Source: an uncultured Gemmatimonadaceae bacterium
GTDB taxonomy: Bacteria; Gemmatimonadota; Gemmatimonadetes; Gemmatimonadales; Gemmatimonadaceae
Direction of reading: 5' to 3'
Length of the DNA stretch: 64,000 nt
NCBI GenBank assembly: GCA_963781585.1
Contig: CAWAGQ010000004.1
Span: 576,001 to 640,000 of the forward strand
Shown: positions 40,634 through 51,041 of the stretch, in pieces
How the letters are laid out: the number at the start of each line of letters is the position of its first letter
Position numbering within the stretch: position 1 is the stretch's first letter
The notes under the pieces: generated by a model
Database searches by the model: none
The model's input: only the letters and a program-made list of their open reading frames with translations
Told to the model about the DNA's origin: nothing
Position numbers and translations under genes: made by a program

Positions 40634-42844
40634 TCAGCGAAGAGAAAACGCGCCGACCACCGCCAGTACGCCGAGCACCAGCACCCAGGCGTAGGTGCCC
40701 ACGCTGCCCGTCTGCAGGCGCGCACCGATCCAGCCCAATCCCCGCATCAGGTAGGCGGCGCCATTGACCAGCAGTCCGTCGATGAGGCCCACATCCATCC
40801 CGCGCCACAGCACGGACCGCGACAGGCCCACCATCGGCTCCACGATCGCGCGATCGTAGGCCTCGTCCACGTAGTACTTGTGCTCGAGCACGCGCTCCAG
40901 GCCGGTCGATTCCGGCGCCTGCGCCTTGGGCACCAGCCGCTCCGGTTTGAGCCGGATCATCGCCAGCGCGATGCCGAGCACCGCGATCGCCACGGCGACC
41001 CCCACCAGCCCCAGCTCCAGACCCCTGGACAGCGGCGCGACCTCGCCACCCGTTATGCGGACGGTTGCCACGCCCGTCACCGGCTCCAGCCATCGCTCCA
41101 GCGCCTGAGTCGGTCCGGCCTTGAAGAATTCCGGAAGGTTGAACCACCCCCCCACCGCGCTCAGCAGACCAAGCGCCACCAGCGGACCGGTCATGATCCA
41201 CGGTGCCTCGGCCAGGTGCGCGCGCTCCTTGTCGCCAGTGCGATTCGGCCCGTGAAAGGTGTAGAGCATCATCCGCGTCATGTAGACCGCGGTCAGCAGC
41301 GCGGCGACGACGCCGAAGACGTACACCACGTACAGCACGAATCCGCCGGGAAGGCCCAGCCAGTGCGCGTCGGCCAGCGTGGAGCCGCGCGCCCGCTCGA
41401 ATGCGGCCTCCAGGATCCCATCCTTGGAGAAGAAGCCCGCAAACGGCGGAATGCCGCAGATCGCGAGCGTGGCGATCCACATGAGTACGAACGTCACCGG
41501 GAGGAAGCGGCGCAGCCCGCCCATGTTGCGCATGTCCTGCGCATCCTCGTGGCTTCCGGTGTGGTGATAGGCCCGGTGCATCGCGAAGATCACCGAGCCG
41601 GAGCCGAGGAACAGCAGCGCCTTGAAGAACGCGTGGGTGACCAGGTGGAAGATCCCCGCCGCGTATGCGCCGACCCCCACTCCGATGAACATGTAACCCA
41701 GCTGCGACACCGTGGAGTATGCCAGTACGCGCTTGATGTCCCACTGCTTGAGGCCGATGGTCGCGGCAAACAGCGCGGTCAGCGCTCCGATGAACGCCAC
41801 CGACAGGCTGGCAACCGGAGCGAGCGAGAAGATCACCGCGCTGCGGGCCACCAGATACACGCCGGCAGTGACCATGGTCGCGGCGTGGATCAGCGCCGAC
41901 ACCGGCGTCGGACCGGCCATCGCGTCAGGCAGCCAGGTGTACAGGGGAATCTGGGCGCTCTTGCCGGTACATCCGAGAAAGAAGAACAGACCGATCGCGC
42001 TGATGACCGCGCTCCCCGCGCCAAGACCGGGGGCTCCGGCATTCACACCCGCGAAGTCCAGCGATCCCAGATTCGCGTACAGCAGCAGCATCGCGATCAG
42101 GAATCCGAAGTCGCCGATTCGATTCACGATGAACGCCTTCTTGCCGGCGTCGGCGTTCACCTTGTCCGTGTACCAGAATCCGATCAGGAGATACGAGCAG
42201 AGCCCCACCCCTTCCCAGCCCACGAACAGCACGGGGTAGCTGGCGCCGAGCACCAGGACCAGCATGAAGAAGACGAACAGATTGAGGTAGGCGAAGTACC
42301 GCGGGTAGCCCGGGTCGTCGCGCATGTACCCCACGCTGAAGAGATGAATCAGGAATCCGACCCCGGTCACCACCAGCGTCATCACCATCGAGAGCTGGTC
42401 CACCTGGAGCGCCGCGTCGACGTGCAGATCGCCGGCCACCAGCCACGGGAACAAGGTGCGCACATACGGCGCCTCGGCGTGCGCGCCGGCGAGCGCAAAG
42501 AAGATCGACACCGAAAGCACGAAGGCCAGGCCGAGCACCGCCGGGCCCACCAGACTCACCACGCCGGCGTAGCGATGCCGGGTGACATGGTGGTCGTCGG
42601 CATGGTCGTCGGCATGGTCGTGGCTCAGGTCGTGCTGGTCCCCGCCACCCGGATGGGGTTCCCCGGCGTGGTGCGCATCGTGCGTCGAGGGGTCGGCCGG
42701 GCCGATCTGCGCGGCGCTGGCCAGCGACAGCGCGCCGTTGATCAGGAATCCCAGCAGGGGCAGCACGGGAACGACCCAGATCCACTCGGCGATGCTGCCT
42801 CCGAGCGGGTGGGGCGCGCTGGACGCGACGGCCTGGAGAAGCAT
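40634..42844 (-). CDS. nuoL: NADH-quinone oxidoreductase subunit L
   Basis: WEGVGLCSYLLIGFW, KSAQIPL, AMAGPTPVSALIHAATMV. Confidence 0.95.
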   Translation of the reverse strand: MLLQAVASSAPHPLGGSIAEWIWVVPVLPLLGFLINGALSLASAAQIGPADPSTHDAHHAGEPHPGGGDQHDLSHDHADDHADDHHVTRHRYAGVVSLVGPAVLGLAFVLSVSIFFALAGAHAEAPYVRTLFPWLVAGDLHVDAALQVDQLSMVMTLVVTGVGFLIHLFSVGYMRDDPGYPRYFAYLNLFVFFMLVLVLGASYPVLFVGWEGVGLCSYLLIGFWYTDKVNADAGKKAFIVNRIGDFGFLIAMLLLYANLGSLDFAGVNAGAPGLGAGSAVISAIGLFFFLGCTGKSAQIPLYTWLPDAMAGPTPVSALIHAATMVTAGVYLVARSAVIFSLAPVASLSVAFIGALTALFAATIGLKQWDIKRVLAYSTVSQLGYMFIGVGVGAYAAGIFHLVTHAFFKALLFLGSGSVIFAMHRAYHHTGSHEDAQDMRNMGGLRRFLPVTFVLMWIATLAICGIPPFAGFFSKDGILEAAFERARGSTLADAHWLGLPGGFVLYVVYVFGVVAALLTAVYMTRMMLYTFHGPNRTGDKERAHLAEAPWIMTGPLVALGLLSAVGGWFNLPEFFKAGPTQALERWLEPVTGVATVRITGGEVAPLSRGLELGLVGVAVAIAVLGIALAMIRLKPERLVPKAQAPESTGLERVLEHKYYVDEAYDRAIVEPMVGLSRSVLWRGMDVGLIDGLLVNGAAYLMRGLGWIGARLQTGSVGTYAWVLVLGVLAVVGAFSLR

Positions 42845-43137
42845 CACCCTTTGAGCAGGTTGATGTTGCGGAGGTCGACCGAACGCGCGTGGCGGAAGAT
42901 GGCGATGATGATGGCCAGCCCCACCGCCGCTTCGGCGGCGGCGACCGTCATGACGAAGACCACGAACACCTGCCCCGTTGTGCCGTACAGCGAGGAAAAC
43001 GCCACGAACGAAAGATTCACCGCGTTCAGCATGAGCTCCACGCACATGAAGATCACGATCGCGTTCCGGCGCGTGAGCACACCGATGGCGCCGATGATGA
43101 ACAGGACGGCCGAGAGAGCGAGCGATTCTTCGATCAC
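42844..43137 (-). CDS. nuoK: NADH-quinone oxidoreductase subunit K
   Basis: [18 protein letters not shown]. Confidence 0.95.
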   Translation of the reverse strand: MIEESLALSAVLFIIGAIGVLTRRNAIVIFMCVELMLNAVNLSFVAFSSLYGTTGQVFVVFVMTVAAAEAAVGLAIIIAIFRHARSVDLRNINLLKG

Positions 43138-43667
43138 GCGGCCCTCCGTTTCCCGATCACCACGGCCCCGATGATGGCCACCAGCAGCAGGATGCTGGTC
43201 AGCTCGAACGCGAGCAGGTATTCGTGAAAGAGGGGCTTGGCCACCACACCCACCACGCCCAGGTCGCGGATTTCGGCGGCGGCATCCACCTGGGAGCGCA
43301 TCAGCGAGGGCGGGTAGTGCGCGCGAACGAGGATGAAGATCTGCGCCAGCAGCGCCAGTCCCACCAGCCCGGCCGCCAGCCGTCCCCACATGCCGCGGAT
43401 GTCGCTGATGTCGCTCGCCTGCCCGAGGTTGAGGAGCATGACCACGAATAGGAACACGACCATGATGGCGCCTGCATACACGATCACCTGAATGGCGCCG
43501 ATGAACTGGGCGTTCAGCATCACGTAGAGCACCGACAGACAGAACAGCACCACCACCAGCCAGAGCGCCGCCGCCACCGGACTGCGACGCGAAACGAACG
43601 CGATCGCCGATGCAATGGCGACCAGGCTGAAGAGGTAGAAGTTGAATTCGTAGAAGAAATTCGGCAT
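43134..43667 (-). CDS. nuoJ: NADH-quinone oxidoreductase subunit J
   Basis: [29 protein letters not shown]. Confidence 0.95.
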   Translation of the reverse strand: MPNFFYEFNFYLFSLVAIASAIAFVSRRSPVAAALWLVVVLFCLSVLYVMLNAQFIGAIQVIVYAGAIMVVFLFVVMLLNLGQASDISDIRGMWGRLAAGLVGLALLAQIFILVRAHYPPSLMRSQVDAAAEIRDLGVVGVVAKPLFHEYLLAFELTSILLLVAIIGAVVIGKRRAA

Positions 43668-43688
43668 GGCGTCAGGGCCGCGCGGAAC

Positions 43689-44186
43689 TCACTCGCCCCG
43701 CGGATCGGCCGGGTCCCACATTTCGCACACCGGATGCGTCTGCGCGGTGAGTCGCTCGAGGTCATAGACGAACCCCGCGCGACTGTACTCGGAGTTCTCG
43801 TAATGACGGCCCAGGTGGATGGCCTCCTCGGGGCAGACTTCCTGACAGTATCCGCAGAAGATGCAGCGGAACTCATCGATCTCGAACACCAGCGGAAACC
43901 GGTTGCCCTGCTCGTCCTCGCCCGGCACGAGTTTGATGCAATTGGCTGGGCACACCGTGGGACAGAGGCCGCACGCCACGCACTTGGCCTTGCCGTCCTC
44001 GGTGGTGAGCATGCGGTGGGTGCCACGCCAGCGCCGGGACAGCGGCTCACGTTCCTCCGGGTACTGGGTGGTGACTTTGTGGGGCCGGACCAGGTGGCGC
44101 ATGGTGTTCGCCATGCCCGACAGGGTCGCGCGCACGTAGCTGGCCTGCGGAATGGGGCGGTCGAGGACCTTCACCGTAATGGCCAT
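43689..44186 (-). CDS. nuoI: NADH-quinone oxidoreductase subunit I
   Basis: CVACGLCPTVCP and CIFCGYCQEVCP. Confidence 0.95.
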   Translation of the reverse strand: MAITVKVLDRPIPQASYVRATLSGMANTMRHLVRPHKVTTQYPEEREPLSRRWRGTHRMLTTEDGKAKCVACGLCPTVCPANCIKLVPGEDEQGNRFPLVFEIDEFRCIFCGYCQEVCPEEAIHLGRHYENSEYSRAGFVYDLERLTAQTHPVCEMWDPADPRGE

Positions 44187-45475
44187 CAGCGGCTGACTCG
44201 CTGCAGGAGGTGTTCGCGAATGGCGGTGGCGGCGCGGATCCGCGCCAGGCGCTCCTGCCCCACCCGCGAGTACGCGGGACTGATGATGCGGCCGCGGTCG
44301 AGCACGAAAAACAGCCCTGTCAGCAGGACGGCGTTCACCGCGAACAGGATCAGGGCGTAGGTCACGCCCCGGGTCAGCCCCGCCGCGTCGAGCGCCAGCA
44401 CCAGCGCGGCCGTCGCGGTGATGTAGCCCAGCGACAGCGGGAGCATCACCTTCCATCCCAGCGACATCAGCTGATCGTAGCGGAAGCGCGGCAGCGTCCA
44501 GCGGATCCAGATGAACGCGAACAGGAAGAAGCCGGTCTTGAGGGCGAAGATGAGACCGGAGAGCAGCACCTGGAGGAACGGCACCGCCTGGGTGTTGTCG
44601 CGCAGCGTGAATGGGATGTCCCAGCCCCCGAAGAACAGCGTCGCGATCAGGGCGCTGGCGGTCATCATGTTGGCATACTCGGCGATGAAGAACAGCGAGA
44701 ACTTCATCGCGCTGTATTCGGTGTGATAGCCGGTGATGAGTTCCGATTCGGCCTCGGGCAGGTCGAACGGCAGGCGGTTGGTTTCGGCGAACGAGGCCAC
44801 CAGAAACAGGAAGAACGACACCGCCAGCGTGAGCACATTCCAGAGGTGCATCGACGCCTGCTGATTCACGATCTCCCGCAGCGACACATTGCCGCTCAGC
44901 AGCAGGACCGGGATCAGCGACATGCCGAGCGCTACCTCGTACGAGATCATCTGGGCGCTCGAGCGCAACCCGCCCAGCAGGGCGTACTTGTTGTTGGACG
45001 ACCATCCGGCGAGGACGATGCCGTACACGCCTAACGACGACAGGGCGAGAATGAACAGGAACCCCACCGGCAGATCCGCCAGCACCATGTCGATCCGGCC
45101 CCACGGCGAGGCCCACGACGCGGCAAACGGGATCACCGCCCAGACCATCATCGCCGGGACGAAGCTCAGCATCGGCGCCAGCATGAACAGCGTCCGGTTG
45201 GCGTAGGGCGGCAGCGTCTCTTCCTTCATCATGTTCTTGAGCCCGTCCGCCAGCGGCTGAAACAGGCCCTGCGGTCCCACCCGGTTCGGACCGTGGCGAT
45301 CCTGGATCCAGGCCGAGATCCGCCGCTCGGCCAGCGTCAGGTACGCCACGCCGAGCAGGTAGACGGTGAAGAAGATCAGGAGCTTCACCAGCATGGCGAC
45401 AAACCAGGGCCCGAATCGCGGTGCGGCCTGCGGATCGGCCACCTGCAGCAGCAGGGCGAACGGCCAGGCACTCAT
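44186..45475 (-). CDS. nuoH: NADH-quinone oxidoreductase subunit H
   Basis: QDRHGPNRVG, ETNRLPFDLPEAE, PRFRYDQLM. Confidence 0.95.
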   Translation of the reverse strand: MSAWPFALLLQVADPQAAPRFGPWFVAMLVKLLIFFTVYLLGVAYLTLAERRISAWIQDRHGPNRVGPQGLFQPLADGLKNMMKEETLPPYANRTLFMLAPMLSFVPAMMVWAVIPFAASWASPWGRIDMVLADLPVGFLFILALSSLGVYGIVLAGWSSNNKYALLGGLRSSAQMISYEVALGMSLIPVLLLSGNVSLREIVNQQASMHLWNVLTLAVSFFLFLVASFAETNRLPFDLPEAESELITGYHTEYSAMKFSLFFIAEYANMMTASALIATLFFGGWDIPFTLRDNTQAVPFLQVLLSGLIFALKTGFFLFAFIWIRWTLPRFRYDQLMSLGWKVMLPLSLGYITATAALVLALDAAGLTRGVTYALILFAVNAVLLTGLFFVLDRGRIISPAYSRVGQERLARIRAATAIREHLLQRVSR

Positions 45476-47040
45476 GGCGCGGCCTCCGCCAGCGCGTCGG
45501 CGACCGCCTGCCCCCGGAGACCTAACGACTCATAGGTCAGCCCGGCGAATGCCGGATGGGCGGCGGCGAGCGCGTCGAACACCTGCGATGCCACATAGTA
45601 CCGCGCCGGTTCCCCGAGCAGCGTCGCCAGATCGGCGAGGGCGTACCAGCTGGGACGCGCCAGCCCCGGCGCCGCCTTCGCCTGGAGGAATCGCTGCACC
45701 CGGCCGCGCAGATTCGTCAACGTCCCCTCTTCCTCCGCGCAGTTCGCGATCGGCAGCACCACGTCCGCCTTGTCCAGACCCTCCGGCATGGTGGTCGACA
45801 CCACCACCACCACCGCCGCCCTGGCCGCCGCCGCGCGCTCCGCCTCGCTCATCGGGTGGTCCACCACCAGCAGCGCGTCGCCGGCGTGCAGTCCGGACAG
45901 CGGCTGGTCGCTCCGCGTGAATCCCAGCAACTCGGCGCCACGCGCGTTGGCCGCCCGATCGGCACGCAGCGCGAGATCCTCCACCCCGGCCAGCGGCGCC
46001 TCCTCGCCCTGCGGAACGCGAAACGCCCCCGCCCCTCCCGTTCTTTCCGCCAGCCGCGCGAGCAGGAACAGCGCCTCGTTCGACAGATTCGGTGACGCCA
46101 GCACGAACAGGCGCTTCCCCTTCAGGACCCGCGTCGCGCCGTCCAGCGCCACCTCCCAATCGACCGCCTCGAACCCGGACGCGCCGAGGATGGCCGGCGC
46201 CTCCAGCCGGTCCCGCCGGTTCAGCCAGCGATAGTTCATGCGCCCGTGATCACACATGAAGAACGCGTTCACGTCCGCGTTCGAACGCGGGCGCAGGCGC
46301 ATCACCACGTTGTCGCGGGTCTCGACGACGATATTGCACCCCTGACTGCATCCGGTGCACACCGATGCCGCGCGATCCAGTTCCCAGGCGCGCGCCTTGT
46401 TCAGAAAGTCCTTGGACAGCAGGGCGCCCACCGGACAGAGGTCCACCACGTTGCCCGACCACGGGTGCGTCAGGTCCTTCCCTTCGAAGCGGCCGATGCA
46501 GGCCCGATCGCCCCGCTCGCTGACGTTCAGGACCGCCTCATCGGCGACGTCGTCCATGAATCGCACGCATCGTGTGCAGAGAATGCAGCGGTTCGGAACG
46601 TACAGGACGTCGCCGCCGAAATCCTCAACCGGATTGAACCGTTTCGGCTCGCGGTACCGCGAGTCGGCGCGTCCCTCCTGATACGTGTAGTCCTGCAACT
46701 CGCACTCGCCGGCCTGATCGCAGATGGGGCAGTCGAGCGGGTGGTTGATCAGGAGCATCTCGAGCACTCCGGTCCGCGCCTCGCGCGCCTTCGGCGTGTG
46801 CACGTGCACCACCTGCCCTTCCGCCACGTTGGTCGCACACGCCGGCGCGAGCTTCGGGGCCTTCTCCACTTCCACCAGGCACATCCGGCACACCCCCGCG
46901 ATGGGAAGGCCGGGGTGATAGCAGTAGTGCGGGATCAGCACGCCGACGGTCTTGGCCGCCTCGAGAATCGACGTTCCGGCCGGCACGCTTGCCGGGCGTC
47001 CCTCGATGGTCAGGTTGACGCGGGTGGAGTCGGCGCTCAT
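45472..47040 (-). CDS. nuoG: NADH-quinone oxidoreductase subunit G (short form)
   Basis: CYHP..CRMC, HPLDCPICDQAGEC, CILCTRC, CTGCSQGC. Confidence 0.92.
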   Translation of the reverse strand: MSADSTRVNLTIEGRPASVPAGTSILEAAKTVGVLIPHYCYHPGLPIAGVCRMCLVEVEKAPKLAPACATNVAEGQVVHVHTPKAREARTGVLEMLLINHPLDCPICDQAGECELQDYTYQEGRADSRYREPKRFNPVEDFGGDVLYVPNRCILCTRCVRFMDDVADEAVLNVSERGDRACIGRFEGKDLTHPWSGNVVDLCPVGALLSKDFLNKARAWELDRAASVCTGCSQGCNIVVETRDNVVMRLRPRSNADVNAFFMCDHGRMNYRWLNRRDRLEAPAILGASGFEAVDWEVALDGATRVLKGKRLFVLASPNLSNEALFLLARLAERTGGAGAFRVPQGEEAPLAGVEDLALRADRAANARGAELLGFTRSDQPLSGLHAGDALLVVDHPMSEAERAAAARAAVVVVVSTTMPEGLDKADVVLPIANCAEEEGTLTNLRGRVQRFLQAKAAPGLARPSWYALADLATLLGEPARYYVASQVFDALAAAHPAFAGLTYESLGLRGQAVADALAEAAP

Positions 47041-48356
47041 CAGCTGGCGATTACGGGCACGGCGTGAACCGTCTTGCGGGTGATCAGGGCCTCGAACTCA
47101 GGACGGAACTTCTGAATGCCCGACACCACCGGAGCCGCACACGAATCGCTCAGCACACAGATGGTCTTGCCGGTCATGTTCTCGGAGATGTCGAGCAGCG
47201 TGTCGAGGTCTTCGGCGGTGCCGTCGCCGGCCACGATCCGTTCCAGGATCTTGGTCGACCACGCCGTGCCCTCGCGGCACTGCGTGCACTGCGCACAGCT
47301 CTCGTGGGCGTAGAAACGCGCCAGCCGCGCGATCTGCTTCGGCATGCTCTGCGCGTCATCGAACACGATGCATCCGGCCGATCCCAGCATCGTCCCGGCG
47401 GCCACCATGCCCTCATAGTCCATCGGCGCGCTCTCCGCTTCCTCCATGGTGATGATCGGTACCGACGATCCGCCGGGGATGACCGCCTTGAACCGGCGGC
47501 CGGGCGGCGGGCCACCACAGACTTCGCGCAGGAACTCCCCGAACGGGAATCCCATCTCCACTTCATAGTTTCCGGGGCGCGCCACGTTGCCGCAGACCGA
47601 CCAGAGCTTGGTGCCGGTGCTCTTCGGGTTGTCGGGCCGGGACATCTTCCTGTACCAGTCCGCTCCCTGCACGAGGATGTGCGGCACCGCCGCCAGCGTC
47701 TCCACATTGTTGATGGTCGTGGGCATGGAGAACACGCCCGAGACCGCCGGAAACGGCGGCTTGATGCGCGGATTGCCGCGCTTGCCCTCGATCGAGTTCA
47801 TCAGGGCCGTTTCTTCGCCGCAGATGTACGCGCCCGCGCCCTTGTGCACCCACATGTTCACCGTGTGCCCCGATCCCATGGCATTCGGGCCGATGATGCC
47901 GGCCCGCCGCGCCTCTTCGAGCGCGGATTCCATCTTCTGCAACGGCTCGGTGAACTCGCCGCGGATGTAGATGTAGGTCCTCTCGGCGCCGATGGCGTGG
48001 GCGGCGATCGCGCATCCCTCGATCAGCGCGTGCGGTGTCCACCGCATGATTTCGCGATCCTTGAACGTGCCCGGCTCGGACTCGTCGGCGTTGCAGCAAA
48101 GATAGTGTGGCTTGCCGTCGCCAAGCTTCATGAACGACCATTTGAGTCCGGTCGGAAAGCCCGCGCCGCCGCGGCCGCGGAGTCCCGATTCCTTCACCAC
48201 GTTCTGGACCGCAACCGGGTCCATACCCAGCGCCTGCTCGAGGGCGCGATACCCGCCCCGCTTTTTCCAACCGGCCAGCGTGACCGCCTCGGCGTCGCCG
48301 AAGTGCGGCGACAGCACCAGCGTCTCGCGGGGGTGAGGTCTGTGAGGAAAGCCCAT
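47040..48356 (-). CDS. nuoF: NADH-quinone oxidoreductase subunit F
   Basis: GRGGAGFPTG, NADESEPG, GAGAYICGEET, SCAQCTQCREG. Confidence 0.96.
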   Translation of the reverse strand: MGFPHRPHPRETLVLSPHFGDAEAVTLAGWKKRGGYRALEQALGMDPVAVQNVVKESGLRGRGGAGFPTGLKWSFMKLGDGKPHYLCCNADESEPGTFKDREIMRWTPHALIEGCAIAAHAIGAERTYIYIRGEFTEPLQKMESALEEARRAGIIGPNAMGSGHTVNMWVHKGAGAYICGEETALMNSIEGKRGNPRIKPPFPAVSGVFSMPTTINNVETLAAVPHILVQGADWYRKMSRPDNPKSTGTKLWSVCGNVARPGNYEVEMGFPFGEFLREVCGGPPPGRRFKAVIPGGSSVPIITMEEAESAPMDYEGMVAAGTMLGSAGCIVFDDAQSMPKQIARLARFYAHESCAQCTQCREGTAWSTKILERIVAGDGTAEDLDTLLDISENMTGKTICVLSDSCAAPVVSGIQKFRPEFEALITRKTVHAVPVIAS

Positions 48357-48418
48357 GTGCCAGTCGGGAATGTGGAAAACGGATTCGCCCCAGAAATCGA
48401 ATGCGCGCGTCGCGCGCG

Positions 48419-48985
48419 TCACGCCGGTCCTTCGCCCTCCACTCTTTTCAGGATGTCGGGAACCGATGCTGCGGTCACTGATTCGATGAACTCTGAATTG
48501 ATCATCACCGGAGTGGCGAATCCGCACGCGCCCAGACATTCCACTTCGATGACCGTGTACTTGCCGTCACTCGACGTCACGCCGAGTTCGCCACATCCGG
48601 TGTGCTCGAGAAACGCCTTCACCACGTCTTCGGCGCCACACACATTGCATGGCGAGGTGGTGCACACCTGGATGAAGTGTCGTCCTACCGGGTGCTGATG
48701 GTACATCGTGTAGAACGTGACCACGCCCTTCACGTAGGCCGCGGTAAGTCCCAGTACGTCGCCTACCTCGGCCATGGCGGCGTCGGAGATCCAGCCGCGC
48801 GCCTCCTGCACCATCCACAGCGCCGGAAGGAGGGCCGCCGCCTTCGTGGGATAGCGGGTCAGCAGGTCGTCGAGCCTGACCCGCTCCTCGCTGCCGGTGG
48901 TAAACACCGGTGCGTACGCTTCCGCGTGGTGCGACCCGGCCGCCTTCGGCACGGCGCCGCCTGCGGCGGAGGGACCGTGGCTCAT
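48419..48985 (-). CDS. nuoE: NADH-quinone oxidoreductase subunit E
   Basis: VTFYTMY, VCTTSPC, ECLGAC. Confidence 0.93.
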   Translation of the reverse strand: MSHGPSAAGGAVPKAAGSHHAEAYAPVFTTGSEERVRLDDLLTRYPTKAAALLPALWMVQEARGWISDAAMAEVGDVLGLTAAYVKGVVTFYTMYHQHPVGRHFIQVCTTSPCNVCGAEDVVKAFLEHTGCGELGVTSSDGKYTVIEVECLGACGFATPVMINSEFIESVTAASVPDILKRVEGEGPA

Positions 48986-49031
48986 GGGGTGCCGCCCGGC
49001 GTCAGGCGCCTGAGGGTCGTGATCGCGTCGC

Positions 49032-50342
49032 TCATCGATCGATCTCTCCCATGACGATGTCGATGCTCGCGTTGATGGCGATCACGTCGGACAGCAGGTG
49101 GCCCTCCGCCATCCGCGAGATCGCCGACAGGTTCACGAACGATGGCGGCCGGATGCGCCAGCGCACCGGCTTGGGCGTGCCGTCGGAAACAAAGTAGTAG
49201 CCCTTCTCGCCCTTGGGACTCTCCACCGGCACGTACACCTCGCCGATTGGCGGGCGCGGGCCTTCCATCACCTGCTTGAAGTGATGGATCATCGATTCCA
49301 TCTCGGTGGTGGCCTTGGTCTTGGTGGGCAGGATGACCCGGGGGTCGTCCACGTTCACCGGCCCGTCGGGCAGCCGGTCGGCCGCCTGTTTCAGGATGCG
49401 CACCGATTGCCGCAGCTCCTCCATGCGCACCAGGAAACGATCGTACACATCTCCGCTGGTGCCCACCGGAACCTCGAAGTCGTAGGTCTCGTAGTCCAGA
49501 TAGGGAAAGTCCTTTCTGACGTCGTACGCCACACCCGACGCCCGGACCATCGCGCCCGACAGGCCGTAGTTCACGGCCTCCTCGGCATTCATCGCCCCCA
49601 CCCCCGCCGTGCGCCCCACCCAGATGCCGTTGCGCGTCACCATCCGGTCGCATTCGTCGATCGTCTTCGGCAGCGTTCCGATGAAGTCGCTCAGCCCGTC
49701 CATCCAGCCGACCGGGATGTCGGCTCCCATGCCGCCTACCCGGGTGAGCGTGGTGGTGAGGCGCGCGCCGATCCACTGTTCGAGCAGCATGTACACGCGC
49801 TCCCGTTCCTGAAACGACCACAGGAACGGAGTGAAGGCGCCGATGTCGATGCAGGTTGTTCCCAGCCACACCAGATGGGAGATGATGCGCGACAGCTCCA
49901 GCGCGATCACCCGCAGGACCTTGCATCGCTCGGTGATCTCGATGCCGAAGAGACGCTCCGCGCCTAACGCGAAGGCGACGTTGTTGCCCGGCGAGTTGAG
50001 ATAGTCCTCGCGATCGGTCCAGGGAATGATCTGGTTGTACTGCCGGTACTCCCCCATCTTCTCGAACCCGCAGTGCAGGTACCCGATGTGCGGGATGCAG
50101 CGCACCACAGTCTCCCCGTCGAGCTCCAGCACCAGTCGCAGCACTCCGTGGGTGGCCGGGTGCTGAGGGCCGAGGTTGATGAGCATGTGCTCGCCCTCGA
50201 GTTCGGGCTCCAGGTCCGGAGCCGCCTCGATTGTGGTCACCTGCCCTTCCTCGTCCACCACCAGCGGAACGCGATGGGGTCTCCCGTGCGCGTCCAGCCC
50301 CGACGTGCCCAGTGCCACTTCGATCGTACGGGTTTCGGCCAT
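49032..50342 (-). CDS. nuoD: NADH-quinone oxidoreductase subunit D
   Basis: GPQHPATHGVLR, GYLH, ESPKGE, GEIDR. Confidence 0.96.
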   Translation of the reverse strand: MAETRTIEVALGTSGLDAHGRPHRVPLVVDEEGQVTTIEAAPDLEPELEGEHMLINLGPQHPATHGVLRLVLELDGETVVRCIPHIGYLHCGFEKMGEYRQYNQIIPWTDREDYLNSPGNNVAFALGAERLFGIEITERCKVLRVIALELSRIISHLVWLGTTCIDIGAFTPFLWSFQERERVYMLLEQWIGARLTTTLTRVGGMGADIPVGWMDGLSDFIGTLPKTIDECDRMVTRNGIWVGRTAGVGAMNAEEAVNYGLSGAMVRASGVAYDVRKDFPYLDYETYDFEVPVGTSGDVYDRFLVRMEELRQSVRILKQAADRLPDGPVNVDDPRVILPTKTKATTEMESMIHHFKQVMEGPRPPIGEVYVPVESPKGEKGYYFVSDGTPKPVRWRIRPPSFVNLSAISRMAEGHLLSDVIAINASIDIVMGEIDR

Positions 50343-50345
50343 CCG

Positions 50346-51041
50346 CTACTCCCCCGTCCGTTCGCCCTGCGCCAGACGCTGCCGCATGTCGAGCGGCAGG
50401 TGCTCGTACGCGTCGGCGATACTCAGCTCGTCCAGGGAGTAGCGTGACTCCGGCTGCGCCGCCAACGCCTGGCGCAACTGCTCCGATCGCGAGAACCGCC
50501 CGCGCAGCGGAAAATCCTTGCGCAGCGGAAAGCCCTCGGCGTACTGCTCCCACATCAGGATCCGCCGCAGATCGGGATGCCCTTCGAACTCGATGCCGAA
50601 CATGTCGTAGCACTCGCGCTCCAGCCAGTCCGCGCCCCGATAGACTGGCCAGACACTCGGAACGCGCAGCGGCGCACCCCTCGGCAATTCCGCTTTCAGC
50701 CTCAGAAAACGCCGATGCGGGAGAGACCGGAGGTGCCACACCACCTGCAACGGCAATTCGCCGTCACGAAACTCCACGGCCGTGACGTCCACCAGGTAGT
50801 CGTACTGCTCGGCCAGGTCGTCGTGCAGATACCGCACCACGTCGAGCACGTGGTCGGCACGCACATATACGGAGGTGTCGCCCCAGACCACTTCCGCGCG
50901 GATGAAACCCGCGGCGAAGCGCGCGCGAATGCGGTCCGCGCTGGGATTCATGGGGCCGCCGCGGTGCGGTACCTTCCGGGGCGTCGCCGGCACCTGCTCG
51001 GGCGACGCACTCCCCGGTGCGACGAAAGAGGCCGCGTTCAC
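50346..51041 (-). CDS. nuoC: NADH-quinone oxidoreductase subunit C
   Basis: [30 protein letters not shown] start overlaps the nuoB stop. Confidence 0.93.
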   Translation of the reverse strand: MNAASFVAPGSASPEQVPATPRKVPHRGGPMNPSADRIRARFAAGFIRAEVVWGDTSVYVRADHVLDVVRYLHDDLAEQYDYLVDVTAVEFRDGELPLQVVWHLRSLPHRRFLRLKAELPRGAPLRVPSVWPVYRGADWLERECYDMFGIEFEGHPDLRRILMWEQYAEGFPLRKDFPLRGRFSRSEQLRQALAAQPESRYSLDELSIADAYEHLPLDMRQRLAQGERTGE

